A DNA stretch of 64,000 nt, taken from positions 1,302,001-1,366,000 of the forward strand of contig NC_089432.1 of the NCBI RefSeq assembly GCF_026210795.1, in the 5' to 3' direction. The stretch is from Rhizophagus irregularis (Eukaryota). Positions 62,610-64,000 of the stretch are shown here, in pieces. The position numbers and the translations under genes are program-made. The stretch's first letter is position 1. Each line of letters opens with the position of its first letter. The notes beneath the pieces were generated by a model that was not told where the DNA came from, searched no databases, and saw only the letters and a list, made by a program, of their open reading frames with translations.

Positions 62610-64000
62610 ATGATGAACAACAGTAATAATAAACACACTTCTGGCGTCGAAAACCAGAAATTTTCTCCCTTTTCTAAAATTAAACATCTTATTTCTTCAA
62701 AAAATCCTTTTAAAAATACTAAAAAAACTTCAAAATCACAAAATCAAAAAAATAACATTAATAATATAGACAATATTGATACCCCACAAATTGCACAACA
62801 TTCTTATCCCACTTTAATTTTCGCTACCCATAACATTCAAGGTTCTCTTAATCAAAAAAGAGACAGTTTATTATTATATATGATGGAACACGACATCGAC
62901 TGTCTCTTCGTTTGCGAAACCAATATTGTAGACCCAAACTTTTCACCTACACTTAAAACTGCGTGGCAAAAAATTATAGCACCAATATATAATAATTCTA
63001 ATAATATATTTTATTTTATTAACAATCCAGATCTGGAACACAGAGGTTCAGGTAGTACTTTCATACTGACAGAGAAATTACATAGACATTTACAAACAAC
63101 AAAGATATTGGACCATGGTCGTTGTATAAAGATCACGCTTAATTTTAAAAATCACAAAATATTCAACATTTATGGAATTTATTTACCAAGTGGTAAAGAT
63201 AAGTCAAATGAACACATCAAAAAAACGAGACTTAATAATATCTGCAAAATTCTTTTCGATGATATAACTAAAACAAAATCACGTGACCACACTTATACCG
63301 CGATAATGGGGGATTTTAATATTAATTATTCCAAAGAGATCCTTAAAAAAGGAAAATCAATTTCATATATTGACGCCATGGACAAAATCAAACACAACAA
63401 ACTAGAACAATGGATGTGTTATAAAATATTAAAACTATTAAATTTTACCAATATAGCGACAACCTTCAAAAAAGAATCGGAGAAAACATGGTTCTCTTCT
63501 TGTAATAGTTCCGCTTCCTCGACTACTGTTGATTATATCTGGGCATCTAATAATCTTAATGACATTATCATTGACTTTAATTTAACAAGAACAACTTACT
63601 CTTCAGACCACGCCATGTTGATGTTCACTTTTGAACATCCAAACAATTCTTTTGTTAACTTAAAGAATTTCAATAAGTCACGTGATACAGGAAAATCCTT
63701 CAACAACAGATATAACCTTAATAGCATTCAAAAAGAGGACTGGGTCACATTTAATAATATTGTTAATGAAAAACTCATAAGGTTGCAGGATATACCAAAT
63801 TATTCAACCAAAACTCAAGTATCAGCAGCTATGAATACTTTCAATTCCATCATCATAGACTCTTTGAACGAAATGAAGGTCGCAAAAATTAAAGTAACCC
63901 CAAGGCGCAATAATTTACCACTGGCTTTACGTAAAAAATATAATCATATTCACCAACTCAACTCTATACAAGCTACAGTAAAAGAAGCATTATATATAGA
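62610..64000 (+). CDS. LINE ORF2, APE endonuclease part (runs off the window)
   Basis: ATG at 62610; ATHNIQG, FVCETN, GIYLPSG, MGDFN, VDYIW, SDH; absent from the ORF track, consistent with no stop before the window end. Confidence 0.88.
   Translation, partial: MMNNSNNKHTSGVENQKFSPFSKIKHLISSKNPFKNTKKTSKSQNQKNNINNIDNIDTPQIAQHSYPTLIFATHNIQGSLNQKRDSLLLYMMEHDIDCLFVCETNIVDPNFSPTLKTAWQKIIAPIYNNSNNIFYFINNPDLEHRGSGSTFILTEKLHRHLQTTKILDHGRCIKITLNFKNHKIFNIYGIYLPSGKDKSNEHIKKTRLNNICKILFDDITKTKSRDHTYTAIMGDFNINYSKEILKKGKSISYIDAMDKIKHNKLEQWMCYKILKLLNFTNIATTFKKESEKTWFSSCNSSASSTTVDYIWASNNLNDIIIDFNLTRTTYSSDHAMLMFTFEHPNNSFVNLKNFNKSRDTGKSFNNRYNLNSIQKEDWVTFNNIVNEKLIRLQDIPNYSTKTQVSAAMNTFNSIIIDSLNEMKVAKIKVTPRRNNLPLALRKKYNHIHQLNSIQATVKEALYI

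Overview
AT-rich, intron-containing fungal DNA. The gene families (MATA-HMG, TKL kinase-Sel1, BTB) and repeat load suggest an arbuscular mycorrhizal fungus (Rhizophagus-like); this is inference. Contents: two MATA-HMG genes, three paralogous kinase-Sel1 genes, about seven decayed genes (C2H2 zinc finger, GAF-histidine kinase, kinase, BTB, methyltransferase, FAD monooxygenase, hAT transposase), many MITEs and two related LINEs. The most striking structure is a three-level nest at 10.7-22.0 kb. A hAT transposase relic holds a minus-strand poly(A) retro-insertion. That insertion holds a full-length APE-RT-RNaseH LINE and a diverged 5'-truncated relative, both ending in (TAAAA)n at the same nucleotide of a 16-18 bp target (TCGATCCTTTTCCTAT). 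This points to a possibly sequence-specific LINE that targets another retroelement. A second LINE at 60.2 kb is also preceded by TCGATC. Two kinase-Sel1 proteins end in a polybasic tract plus a CaaX-like tail (CKIN); the third has the matching motif shifted out of frame. Exon limits and decayed-gene limits were read by eye and are approximate.
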